NCBI RefSeq assembly: GCF_008831285.2
Contig: NC_045138.2
Location: 14,260,001-14,324,000 of the forward strand
Length of the DNA stretch: 64,000 nucleotides
Source: Nymphaea colorata
Lineage: Eukaryota
Direction: 5' to 3'
A program made the translations under genes and the position numbers. Below, in pieces: positions 39,101 through 51,554 of the stretch; positions within the stretch are counted from its first letter, which is position 1; every line of letters begins with the position of its first letter. The notes beneath the pieces were generated by a model. The model had not been told where the DNA came from. It made no database searches and saw only the letters and a list, made by a program, of their open reading frames with translations.

Positions 39101-41857
39101 AGTAAAACTGTAAAAGGCAAGTTATAAGCAGAAATTCAGGTACCTTGCCGTTCTGGTCTGTGCCAGTCCTGAAGCACAAACTATTCTCCAACTCCTCGGC
39201 TAATCTCCTCTGCTCGATATCAGCAAAAGTTTAGAAAAAGAAACAGACAGCATTAAGCTTTTTGTGCATGCAAATGCAAGCATGACTTACCTGCTCCCGC
39301 AAGCTGGCAATGGCATCTGGTGTTACAAAGGCAAAAATAGGCTCAATTTGTTGCCAAAATGGGCTTGAACAAGCATTATCTGCAAAGGAGTCATGTTGTT
39401 AAATACATTAAGAATAAAAGTCAAATGGTGAAAACTTAAGCACGTTTTAGAATAGACACTGATTAAGACAAAATGAGAAATCCATACAGCTGGCTTTTTG
39501 AGCAAAAGTAGCAGCTGCTATAAGTTCTTCACGATCATCATCTGCTTTGCCTGAAGAAATTTTTGTAGACAAAAAGTTCTCAGCATCTCAGTAGAAGATA
39601 ACATACAAGTCCAAAAATGAACCATTGAAGAGGACTGCAGATCACCATTAAAGTCTGGTGAGATGTTTGCTACATTCCCAGGACGAGCAGATGCCTTGCG
39701 ATCTGAAAACTTTTTAGTAGGAGGGCGTCCTGACTTACTGAAACCAGCACATTGTGAATGGTGGTCAAAACAAAGCAGATGACAAAACACGACACAGGAC
39801 TGAATATAGTCAAGCTGGAAAAGTTTAACACCTTTCAATCTTGTCAGGAACAGGTCTTGTGCTTCTATGCTTTGGGTTAGAGGCATTATCCATTTTCTCC
39901 CTAGAAAGAGGCAAGCAGTTTCGTGATGAAGCCAAACCTCTTCCACTCCTTCCTTGTCTCCGAACACCATCTCCAAGCTCTTCTTTTGTAACAACCTTGT
40001 TCTTCTTTGATGTCAGAGCAAGACTAGTGGCCTTCTGGATAGAACTGACAGCCCTATCTTCTGCTTCACCACTTATCCTTGCTTTATCTTTAGATTTGTC
40101 AACAGCTCCTGAGTCCTCACTCTCTGAGAATCCAGCTGGGGATGGAATATTTTCAACTTTCAGTTTAAAATGCTGTGAAATGTTAGAGGCACGTTTTGGA
40201 TGTCCAGATCCATTAGCATCTACAGAAATCAATCTAGCCCCTGTATCAGAATTGGGAAAGCCATCAGTCGGTAACTGAGCTTCATCTCTGTTTGGAACCG
40301 GGGGGACCAAATTTGTTCTTCTAGCAACACGTGATATCTTCTGTGGTCGTTGACCACCCCACTGAGTTACAGGTGAAGAGGAGCGAGCAGATAAAGGACG
40401 TTTGCGGTTGTTAAGTGTACTTATTCCCTGTGCCTTGTTCAAGGTTGGAGACTGCTCCCATCCTTCAAGTGCTCCACCAGTACGTGGAAAGTTAGTGGAT
40501 GAATTTAATAGTGCCCCAGATCCAGTACGCGGGGCCCTGGAGGCCTTTAGCTTTGCAACAGAGATAGGACTTCCCAGCTGATTGCCATCACGGGCATTTT
40601 GCCTGTTCATAGGATTGGTCCAACAAGTGCAAAGAATTAAGAAACAAAAGACGAAAAATATGAAGATGCTCTCTAGAGACTTAAAAGATCAACTGATTTT
40701 TCTAAAACTGATGGTTCATACTCGGAGATGGCCTTTACAATTGTCTTCTCTTTATCTGATCCAATAATTCGATCTTTTCTGTCTGCAGAAATATTATCTG
40801 GATCTGTCCTTGGTATAGCGCGAACATTTAATCCACTTGGTTGGGTAGCAATATCCAACTTATTAACTCCAACAATTGCATTGGCAGATCCTGATCTGAA
40901 AAGCAATAGATGCAAAAGGTTTGAGATATGCATCAAAAGAAAGCATAATACACCCATGATTTCAACAAAAGGAGGGACTGGAGATCTAATATAATAAATT
41001 TATCTACTCCATCAGCAAAATCAATTTAGAGACAGCAAAAAGGTAAGAATAGCATACCCTAACAAGAGAAGAACACATTTTACCTGAAACCATGGACATC
41101 ATTGAGCCGAGAGCGATTTTCATTGCTAAGCCTCTGCTGCATGCTACGCTTATGATCTTGATCACCATCTAAAGGCCTACTAACAGCCAATCCTATAGAA
41201 CGTTTTCTTTTCATCTTCTTTTCCCAGCCATCACCACCAGGAGCAAGACCTCGAGCTTTTTCTTCAGCCTGAGCTGACATTCCATTTGTCGTCCTCAAAA
41301 GTTCACGATCTTTTTCAACAAAACCAGATGGCCGAGATAATGAACTGTTACGCCCCTCAGCCTGCCGAAATCCATGATGTAAGGAAAGGAGAAATGAGGA
41401 AATTAATTTTCAATAATATCTGATAAAACACATTGAGTTATAATTTTAGCAAACTGATGAAGCTAATTGAGATCATCACCACAACAACAGATACAAATTA
41501 AGAAAGTTTCCACCAATGATGATGAAGGTAAAGATCCAGACAGCATTATAACATAAGAAGATTATGCAGCAAAGAACTAAATCCTAAGAAACATCTTGCA
41601 CCAACTAGCAAAGTTCCCACTCAGTAACAAAAGCAAAAAATGAGTACCTGGACCATATGCAATAGCATTTTCAAAAGAACAAATCACATCAAAACAACTT
41701 ATCAAAAATTAAATCATGTTAAGGGAAGTTTGGGCAAGCAATTACACAAATACTCCACAAACAATAGTAGAAGTTTCCATGACCTTTGGGTAAACTCTGC
41801 ATGTTTTTGTGAATCTGGATTTCTTGCAATCTGGATAAGATCTCACGTATCCAGATG

Positions 41858-41892
<35 letters not shown>

Positions 41893-43264
41893 GCTAAGTG
41901 TTCAAAATCGGTAACTAAAGACGTCATAAACTGTTGCTAAAAGTACAATGAACTGTAGAAACATGGTAAACCATCGCTAATGTTCCTGTTGTTAAAGACT
42001 TTTAGCAACAGATTTTAATTATTTAACCATCCATCAGCCAGCTAATTACGATATCGATATATATATATATGTATATGTATATATATATATGTATATATAT
42101 ATATATCAAGGGAGAGAGGAGAATTGATCAAGATTGATTAAGATAAAGGAATAAAACTAAATAGGATGCATTACATAATCTTTGTAAAAGTTACAAAAAC
42201 AGCAAAAGAAAATCATTTCAGATATGGGAAAACAGAGAGCAAAATGAAGACTACCAGTGACCATTAATCATGAGTCAAGTCACTTAAGTCAAAAAGGAAA
42301 GGGAAAAAATATCACAAATGAGCTAAACAGCTTTATAGATATAAAAATACAAACCCGTACTTCCACCAATGATGTGCGTATACGCCTATTAGGAATAATA
42401 TTTTTAGTCCTATCATCAGACCGTGGAGACATAAGATCACTGCCTAACAGTTGATGATTCTGTGGCCCCATTTTAAAGCTGGTTCCTTGAGCAGAACGAT
42501 CTCCAGGGAGCAAACTATTGGACCTTTCATTTGGCAGTCCGTCATTCCGTGGTCGCTTCCGAGACAAAAGAGCGTGACGATATTTATCCAGCTTTGTTAT
42601 GGACTCGTTCAATAATTTTGTTCTCTCCCTGGTCAATGAAATTCCTGAAGTTAGAAATCTCCGTTTACCAGAATTCTGGGCAACTAAAATAACCAAATAT
42701 CTGCAACAAGTGGCTTTAGAGAAAAAAACCGCTAACGTTTTTTTTTCACTATTTTCCCTTCTTCTGCTGTTAGCATAGGCTGGAAATTTACACTAAAGGC
42801 TTAATTCAACGAGACTTATTCACATGGAAAAGGAACAAATACTTTGCTCGCGCAGAATTTTCCATAATGCTCAATCTAAAACGCTTCAGTTCCCCCAACA
42901 CCATTTGAGGAAGAGGCTTCGCATGAAGAACAGCACCCACCGCACCGTCTTCATTTGCGATGCTAGAAGCACCCAGGACTTTCTTCAACTCCTCTAATCG
43001 AGTAAGCTTCTGTTCAGCAAATGAAATTGGATCAAGGTTCAAACATTGGGTCATTGGTGGCATGTCCACGTACAAGGAGACATCGCCTCTAAATAATGTG
43101 GAACCAGTGTTTGCCGTGCGACCGTCACTGCCCTCGCGGAAGCTGCCTGACCGGTCCAACGAACCAGCCGAAAATGTTCCACGCTGCCCATTGGAATAGC
43201 TGGCAGGAAGAGCTAATCCTTCTGGGCTCCCAGAAACAGGATCAAAACGAGCACTGGATGCCAT
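33166..43264 (-). CDS. Plant-specific SAGA-complex subunit-like protein (SCS1/SCS2 family, At5g22450/At2g19390/At4g29790-like). Exons approx. 43264-42843, 42628-42355, 41361-41084, 40895-40722, 40602-39832, 39737-39646, 39550-39488, 39379-39291, 39209-39144, 37765-37094, 36091-36016, 35600-35530, 35456-35399, 34282-34012, 33896-33166
   Basis: The spliced frame gives these family motifs: LDRSGSFRE, GWEKKMKRKRS, QWGGQRPQKISRVARRTNLVPPV, GDGVRRQGRSGRG, SKSGRPPTKK, DDDREELIAAA, ACSSPFWQQIEPIF, PLSQRLLAALI, LDDRILLELQSIGLFPE, AYKKHMACRG, FVKRTLARC, GGAKGKRSERDRD, GERKTKTKPRQKTAQLS, GLEVPMDDLS. The SCS/SAGA assignment is from recalled family knowledge. Confidence 0.82.
41860..41891. repeat. (TG)n microsatellite in an intron
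   Basis: Directly visible in the sequence. Confidence 0.95.
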
Positions 43265-46200
43265 TAGCGCTATTAGTCACTGGTTCTTTACCGGGCAACG
43301 CATTAAACACCCCCAGTATTCTTCGAACCGCATAACAGATAACCGAGTTCCAAACCAACAAGTGACCATGATCAAGAATGCACACGCACGACCAGCATTG
43401 AGATCGAACACCTGAAAAGAACGCCACAACTTTCGTCACACTCAAAAACATTTTCCTCCGACCAAAACAACCTACAAAGAGCATCATTCCACCACGAACA
43501 AAAAGAGAAGCCCCTGAATTCCAAAACAGCACAAATTACCTCTCAAATCGTTCATTTAACAGGTAAAGTCAAGCAGTATATATGGACAATCTTAAATAAT
43601 CTTTCTAGTAAAGAGCAGGAGACTTCGGCGAAACAGCCAGTAATGTCTTTAACCAAACAAAAAAGATAGACAGGAGAGCTGGAATTACACTTCAAAGAGG
43701 ACAGCAACAAGCAGCGACAGCAAGAATTCCGAGTATTAAGCCCATCGACCAGTAATACTCCCCGACGACGCTGCAACCATTCTCAACAACTAACAAGAAA
43801 CCAAAAGTCAAGCTACAAAAAGGACGACATTCCTCTAAATTCACCCGCAAACACCGCCAAAAACTTCTCGACCCGACGGATAATCCCACCGGAGGAACCG
43901 TGACCCACCGGCAAAACTCTCCGAAACTCAGCCGAATTCAGGCAGCCACACTCGCCGAAGATCCTCGCTGACCTCGGGTGGACGAGATTCTAGGGTGGAG
44001 CGAGGTCTAGGGTTTTGGAGATGGAGCAGATGGATGGGATCATGAAACCCTAGGTCGGATTGGGGAAGAACGGAAAAGAGGGGGGAAGGGAAGGCGAGAG
44101 GAGAAGCGTGGCGCAATTGGCCGCGACCGGGACGATCGGACGGCAAGCGATCGTCGGGGGTGAGCAAAAAGGAGGAGAGAGACTGGGGGAAGTAAGATCG
44201 CCGAATATTCGGTGGCTGCGCGGACGCGCACGATTGGTGCGGTCTTAAATAGACGGGGGGCGAGGGCGGAGGGTGGCCGCCCCTCTCTTTCTCTTTCTCT
44301 TTCTCTCTTGTCTTGGTTAGAGCGAGAGGCTGACCGGTGGGTTTACTTCCTGGGAGGGGGGATGGGACCCACGTTACTCCGACCGGATGGGGCTGGGTCC
44401 TCCTCCGGTCCGCCCACCGCTACTCGGTCAAGAGTTCGAACCTCATTTTGGTACACCTGAAGTCTTTTGGTTTGGTTCAAAATCAAATTGCAAGTAGAGA
44501 CAAGGTCGTTCGTTTATTATACTCTCATCAGCATACTGGCAATTCTAGAAAAAGTTTAAATGAAACAAACAACTGTAACTTATTTTTTAGTTAAACGTGT
44601 AAATTTCAGACAAAACCACCGAGTTTGGTCACAATTTGAAAACGATAATTTTGAAAATAATGTTCCATCATGAGTCCATTGGTAATAACAAATTATTCTA
44701 TAAATTTACTCTAAAGATTAAGGAACTCCTTCAATTTGCTTTGTGTATGTTTTATGGAAAGCCAAAGCCAAGTGCTTTGCATTGATGCCATTTGGACACA
44801 TTACAAAAAGATTTCTGATGGTCAACCCAAAAAGGCGGCTTTTGTAGAATACAAAGATGTTGGTGTTGACTTAGAAGTTAGTGCATGGAAGCACAATGCA
44901 GATAAAGAAAGAATTGTTTCCACAAGCTTCGGGTGACTATCGCAACAGGTTGGAACTTGAAAGTGTGTTTTCCATCAAATGATTGATGAAAATCCAAGAT
45001 CAGTTACGTGCATTACAAATTCTCAGTTGCTATCAGATATGAAAAGGGCAAAATCACTATAACGAGTGCCTTTCAATGGAAGATTGTGTAAGATGTCTTG
45101 ATTGAAATGTTGTAAAAGAATGTAAAAATTTGGATTACGTAATCCAGCGGCAGTTTGTTGTTAACTGAATATGGGTATGAACATGAACTGGGTCCGAATT
45201 GAGACAGAAGAGATGCCAGACCCGGTGACGTCGAAGTCTGACGTGAGTCAACTTTGCCGTAAAGTTTGCTTTTTTCTCCAAAAAAATGGGAGATCCAAAT
45301 GGGTCAGACCTTGCCCTTGACTGACCCCGATCCAGTATCTGGTCCTCCGGCAGTAAGGAGACGAGATCCACAACCGCTTTGAATGTCCACTCCCACTTTT
45401 GCTTGAAAGAAAAGTAACTGGAAAATATTGTTGGACTGCATAAAGTATTAGTACATATTAAAGGAGGACAACATGAATACAATTGATTTTCGACAAATGA
45501 AATGTAAATTATCACAAATTTGAAACAGTTTTTTGTCGCCTCTAAGACAGTTTTTTTGTTTCTTTTTTAGTGTTTGGATGACACTTTTCAAAATAAAAAG
45601 AAACCGGGCTTTCAGAAATGATTGAAATAACATGGTCCCCCAAGGTTACTAAAAAACCAGTTTTATTATACAAACACACAAACCAATCTTTAAAAAAAGA
45701 TTATAAACACACTTTTCCACAAAACCAATAATTTTCAAAAACAGTTTTTTGTGAAGGTGTCGTCCAAACAAATTTGATAGAAAAGAAGGCATGGCATGCT
45801 TTTTTTTTTTTTTAAGGGAAAAAGATAGAAACTAAAGGGAAAGAAAACAAATGAATTGAAGGGAAAACTAGAGAAATCTCAACCTGCATTGAACGGATTA
45901 GATTAATACAACTCTTATGTCTAAATACATGAAGAAGACATTAAACTAAAAGCATGGTAATATTTTATTGACTATGACAATAACTGAAAAGTGGATGCCA
46001 TCTTAACAATATTCTTGAACAGTATAATTAACAAAATTCAATAGATTCATCCTAATTTTTTTAAATTAGGCGATAGACATCAGATTTAAAAGTTTAAAAC
46101 CAAATTGTTCCAATGGATAGGGTCTACTGTGCTTCCAGCTGTTTCATCACTCGAAAATATGCAATAAATTAAATTCAATTAAATAAAAACATTGAAGGTT

Positions 46201-46674
46201 CAACTATTGAATGATATGTAATCACTTCTTCCTAGTTTCATTTATGTAACTGTCTACGCGTATCCATGGTCACTGCAACTATTATTTTCTTCTTTTAACC
46301 TTCTCGTTGTTTGTGATTGCAATAGCTGATGGTGTAAATGTCAAATCTGATACATGCAAGCTTCTCATAAGGTCGACACGGTCTCTGGAAGTTGCGGCTC
46401 GCACCCATGTCTGACTTATGAGCCCATCTTGGTCCTTTCAAGCTTGGAGACTGAGTAAACCTGAGTCCAGTCAAAGCACCTCGGTCTTATATCTAATCTA
46501 CACTTGCACCCGGTGAAGCCACGTCGGCCCATTGTTTTTTTACCTCAATCTAGTTTCGGGCTTAGCGTGAGCTGCAGACCGAAACTTACGACTCGATAAA
46601 CAATAGGCCGGTCCACGATCACGAGGGAGGCAGTGTTCTGGACTAGGTGTTCCGAACCTCGGGTCATACCGCCT

Positions 46675-46888
46675 CTAGGCCGAGAAAAACCTGGCCCGGA
46701 ACTGATAAGCTGGCCTGACTCGATTAAGTCCGTTTAGAATTATTTTTTTAATAATATATATTTATTATTAACAAATATATTTTATCTTAAAAAAATATTT
46801 TATAATTAAAAGATTGTTTTTTATTTTTAAACGGGTCGAACCGAGCTCGGGCTGAGACCGGAGCTGACCAGCCCAATGCCCACCTTTA
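46675..46888 (+). mobile_element. Non-autonomous hAT-like MITE, copy 1 (5' end degenerate)
   Basis: GC-rich arms ('aaaaacctggccc', 'cgggtcgaaccgagctcgggc') flank an AT-rich core 'aataatatatatttattattaacaaatatattttat'. It ends 'gcccaccttta'. The same sequence recurs at 46912, 48876 and 49210. Confidence 0.7.
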
Positions 46889-46911
46889 ACTAGGACACAT
46901 GGTATTTTAAT

Positions 46912-47202
46912 TAATAGTGAACATTGGATCGAGCCGAACCGGCCCGATAGCCGGGTCTCGGTCTGGGCCCAGCCCGATAGCCTCGGTCTCGGTTTGGGCC
47001 CAGTTCATTTAAAAATAAGAAATAAAATTTTAATTATAAAATAATTTTTTAAAATATAAAATATATTTGTTAATAATAAATATATATTATTAAATAAAAA
47101 ATTAAAAAAATATTTTTTAATTTTAAACAAACCGAATCGAGCTGACCCGAGCGGGGGCCTGGGCCAGGTTTTTTCCAGGCCGGGCTCGGACACCCAGGCC
47201 TA
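46912..47202 (-). mobile_element. Non-autonomous hAT-like MITE, copy 2 (near full length)
   Basis: Reverse complement of copies 1 and 4, with termini 'taatagtg...' and '...cccaggccta'. The flanks attttaat / atcttagt match at 6 of 8 positions, a possible decayed 8-bp TSD typical of hAT. Confidence 0.72.
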
Positions 47203-47598
47203 ATCTTAGTTTAATAATTTTCAATATTATTACGAAAAAAACGAGTGATCAATCGAGCGATGGACTGCGCCCGTCCGCCCCGGGTCGTACTCGGGATCCT
47301 CAGGACATATCGTTCTTGCAGTTCCCGAACCGAAAAGGCTATTACCGTTTCATTTTTGTTTCCTTCTTCAAAGCCGACCATGTCAGCGCGGGTCCCGCGT
47401 CATTTCATCCATCCATCTGACGAGGCTTTTCTGTCTACGTGGCAAGGTGGCCGAGCTCCAACAAGGATGGACTTGATGGCGTGGCAGGAAGGGGAGATCG
47501 GTGCGCAAGAGGAAAGCGCATGACACTACACGTGGCACGAGGCCATGCCACCTATAACAGGCGTCGGAGCAGAGAGAGTGGCAGCGACTTGCTCGTCA

Positions 47599-47866
47599 AT
47601 GGCTGCGGACGGAGAGGGAATTAGGGTTTACTGCTCCGGTGCCGGCTCGAACTCGGGCATTCTCCTGGCGAGCTCCGGCGAGGTGCGAAGCCATCTTCCT
47701 CGGATAAAACATTCGGAGCCGCCGGATGCGGTGGCAGAGAGGTCGATGACTCTGGAGGACGATCCTTTTAGTAGTGTTGGACGGGATCCAACGGTGAAGA
47801 GGGAGCTGGATGCTGCTCAGGCACTTGCAGAGTTTGCGTAGCTTGCGCTGATGGCGAGCAAGGGGC
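47599..47866 (+). pseudogene. Probable truncated gene fragment resembling the N-terminus of bZIP62/At1g19490-type proteins
   Basis: It translates as MAADGEG...VKRELDAAQALAEFA*LALMASKG, similar to the recalled motif ELEAAEALADLAQLA. The TAG at 47839-47841 falls at the Gln (CAG) position. I see no downstream bZIP exon, and a TIR element follows. Confidence 0.5.
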
Positions 47867-47885
47867 TGGACTGTACACTGCTGCC

Positions 47886-48341
47886 CAGTGGTGAAACCAC
47901 GTTTAAGGAGTTGCGCACCACGTTTCATTTGTGCCCCCTTTGTTGAGGCTGGTGCCTCTCTGAACCCATCAATGTAAAAGTGAACCCATCAATTTCAATT
48001 CCCCACTCACTCTTTCTCACATGTTTTATTTCCTACGTTTTCCGGAGTTAAATCTTTCATTTCACACACAAGCACCCATTTCTTGTCTGTCCAGTAAAAA
48101 GTTTTTTTTTTTTTTTTTGTGATAGTAAATTTCAAATGCACGCCTTTTTTTCCTTGCTTTGTTCCTTTCCTAGCATTCTATTTGAAAAAAAAAAGTTTTA
48201 TTGATAACATTCTAACATAGGGTATAATTACGTATATTATTATTTTTTTATTTATTTTCTTAACAATGTTGTTTGTTTTACAATTTTTTTTAAAAATTTT
48301 AATGTGTATTGGTGCCCCTCTAACTTCTGGTTTTGCCACTG
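47886..48341. mobile_element. MITE with CAGTGG-type terminal inverted repeats (hAT-like)
   Basis: The left end is cagtggtgaaacc and the right end is ggttttgccactg (revcomp cagtggcaaaacc), an 11/13 match. There are internal 'gtgcccc' motifs and an AT-rich core. No TSD is visible. Confidence 0.6.
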
Positions 48342-48875
48342 ACTCGGGGATTTGTCCTGCCTGAAATTTCTCTTGGCGTATATATATATATATATATATA
48401 GGAACAGCTATATATATATATATATATATTTTATGTACTTCCTCTTGTATGAGAATGAAAGACTGCGGCCTAGTGTAAAACATTTTTTTTTTTCTAACGT
48501 ACTGCTTTCTTATCAAGGTTTCTTCTGTTGGACATGAAGAACGGTATAGATAACATAGATAACAGAAGACTTCATAAAACTTTTAAGTAGTTTTTTATAT
48601 GCAATTGGTGAGTGACAATAATAATTAACTAACCCATGAGGAAGAATAGCGAGCCTCTATTGTCAAAAATAAGAGGTGAATATGAATAATTGAAAACCAA
48701 AATGACAATAATAATTGCATATGAAGTTATTCTATTGTTGACGGCAAGGTATGCAGCAACTTAAATGGTGGTAGCCGTTAATTTGTCTAGTACTTTTCAT
48801 TATAGAAGGTATATTTGTTCATGAGAACTTTTAATTGCTTTGAATTTTCTCCATGTTTTTCAAATTGCTTTTTGG

Positions 48876-49024
48876 TAAGGGTGGGGCCCGGTCTGTTTAA
48901 AAATAAAAATTATTTTTTTAATTATAAAATAATTTTTAAATATAAAATAAATTTGTTAATAATAAAAATATATTATTAAAACAATAAAATTAAAAAAATT
49001 ATTTTTTAATCCTAAACAGGCGGG
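48876..49024 (-). mobile_element. hAT-like MITE, copy 3 (truncated, internally deleted)
   Basis: It starts 'taagggtggg' (revcomp of the copy 4 end), followed by the reverse-complement AT-rich core. Confidence 0.68.
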
Positions 49025-49209
49025 ACATAGTTTTTGGGTACCTTCTTATATTGTTCCATACACATGCATTTTAATAAACACTTATGGTTTGTTAGTGGCA
49101 AGTTGTTAAAAAAGTTATAATTGAGAAGACTTCTGATATATTGAGTATCTGCATTGTGTCCTTGAAACAGGCTCATTGCTTCAACAAACCACAGGCTCTT
49201 TCTGAGCAC

Positions 49210-49430
49210 CGGGCCGGGCTGGGAAAAACCTGGCCTTGGCTTGGCTCGATTCAGCCCGTTTATGATTAAAAAATATTTGTTAATAATATATATTTATTAT
49301 TAACAAATATATTTTATATTTAAAAAATTTATTTTATAATTAAAAAATTATTTTTTATTTTTAAACGGGTCGGACGGGGCCCGGGCCGAGACCCGGGCTA
49401 TCGGGCCGGCTCGGCCGATACCCACCCTTA
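49210..49430 (+). mobile_element. hAT-like MITE, copy 4 (5' truncated)
   Basis: 'cgggccgggctgggaaaaacctggcc...aataatatatatttattattaacaaatatattttat...gccgatacccaccctta'. Confidence 0.72.
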
Positions 49431-50088
49431 ATCTTCGGCCGGTGGGTTTTTGCCAGGAGGCTCCTCATCCCTTTCTCTGCACGAGATGTGGGTGGGCGTC
49501 CTGTGGGTACCAGGATATGTATCGGCTTTTGGATCCATCGGAGTACCGGATAATGCCTGTGGCAAGTGGCGGGATGCAATGCTGGCTGCCAAAACCCAAA
49601 ATACTGCAGCAGTACTCAAAAAGTTTTGTAAATACTAGATGTTAACAATGCTGTAAATAGATGCTTTTAATTTTCTTTCCCTAATTTTTAACCAATATCT
49701 CCAAGTATGTGAGTAATTTGATGGCCTCTAAGATCAAAAAATCTTAGATTATTGGCTTTAGATGTAGCCTTTCGTAACGAACCTAGGGTAGGAGACTTGT
49801 TCCCCACCCTGCCTCTCCGAGCCATGGATACGCCCTCATGTCTCCTCAATTAACAGACAAAATTTCATTTGAATGATGACTAAATTCATCATAATTTTGT
49901 TGTTATAAGACATGACTATGTCATAAGTCTAAGGAGTGCAACATAACCGGTAAGATTGACGAGCCTGGGAAAGTTCAATTAAACTACAAATTGTAACAGT
50001 GCGATATTTTAATTGACTTGTGTAAGACGGATTCACCTATAGTCCAAAGCAGTCCTAGATTGTGTTCACCTGAAATCATGATTACATC

Positions 50089-50090
<2 letters not shown>

Positions 50091-50125
<35 letters not shown>
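50091..50125. repeat. (GA)n microsatellite
   Basis: Directly visible in the sequence. Confidence 0.95.
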
Positions 50126-50128
<3 letters not shown>

Positions 50129-51554
50129 CTTCTGATACAATGTCCGAATAAGTCCTTTCCTATTTAGAAAATCAAAATTTTATCACTAAGTAATTTGATC
50201 TAAAATATGTTGCCCTGAAATAAACATGAAAGATCACATCTACATTGAACCAAAAAGCAGAAAATCGCTTATGCTTTTTCTGTTACTTGGCACGGGATCT
50301 AACTAAAAGTCACTAATGCACTTTCTCTCTAACACAGCATCCCAGCATCCCGCAATTTTCAGTCCCACCGGACTCGAAGAACAAATTACAGTTCTTTAGT
50401 ATGCCCTTATTTCAGCATCGCGAACTTCACAGCCACGACATCAAGCAAAATTTCCTGTGTAGCACGTCATTATAAAACTTGCATCGAACGATCATCTTTC
50501 AGCTGCTTCCCATGAAGATCAACTTGAATGCAACGATAAACAACAAAGGTTTAGTCCAGTATCTTGCAAGCCTCATTTTCCTCCTTTCACGTGAATCTGA
50601 CGTGGAGGAAATGATAGAACAGAGGTTAGCACAAGTTTCTGAATTGGTCCTCAGGAGAAATGAATGGAACGTATTACAACATGTAATCTAACCAAATGGC
50701 CTACCCGAATAAAAGACGAACTTCAATGAAACTGAGGGCAATAAATGTTTGTTTGCTCTAGACAATAATAGCAATACACCAAAGAAAAAAGAACGACGAC
50801 TCGCTAACAATATCCACTTCATAGATCCCCTCATGGCAACCTTCGGAAAAATCCCCTTCATCAGACACCCGGCTCACAATGAAATACTGCAACTTAGCAC
50901 TAGAGGATCCAACATACGAAGAGAATACCAAAACCACTTAAGGCAAAAAGATTATATCAAACTGATTCAACTGCACTGCCACCCAAAGCGTGGAGCCCAG
51001 GACTTCTTATAGGAGCAGGAAACAATGAAATTGATGTTTTGGTGTTACATTTACAGTACAAGGACGATCAGGGAATGGTTTAAATGCAAGCAATAAAATG
51101 TGCAAGTAAATAAGTTTTCCAGAAACATTAAATCCCCGGACCTAGGTACTAGTGTACATGTTCCTTCTAAACAATAAACAAACAAGCAGAACAAATGTCA
51201 GTTGCTAGCTTATAACTCGGTGAGCTTCTCAGAATCCAGCTAGCTGCTAATCCGGCAGAACCAACTACTATTTACTATTTTTCCGAGTAACCATTCAATA
51301 ATAAATTCAAATAGGACATGCGTTACTCATATTTCAAGATGTTGAAAATTCAAAATTAAAGAGAAAAGATAAGCCTGATAGTCATCAATTTTATACATTT
51401 TAAGCCTTTAAGTACAACAGAATACTTCAAATCTAGATGTCTGCACAGCAGGCAACTTGTTCCAAACTTTCTCACCATTGGGCATGCGCAGTTGGACAGC
51501 CTTTTTTTCAACATAAACTGGAAAAAGCTGACGTCATGATCTTGACCATAACGA

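Noticed and set aside
44736..44936. Short ORF as a transposase fragment
   Set aside because: No convincing DDE or other TE motif in any frame I read.
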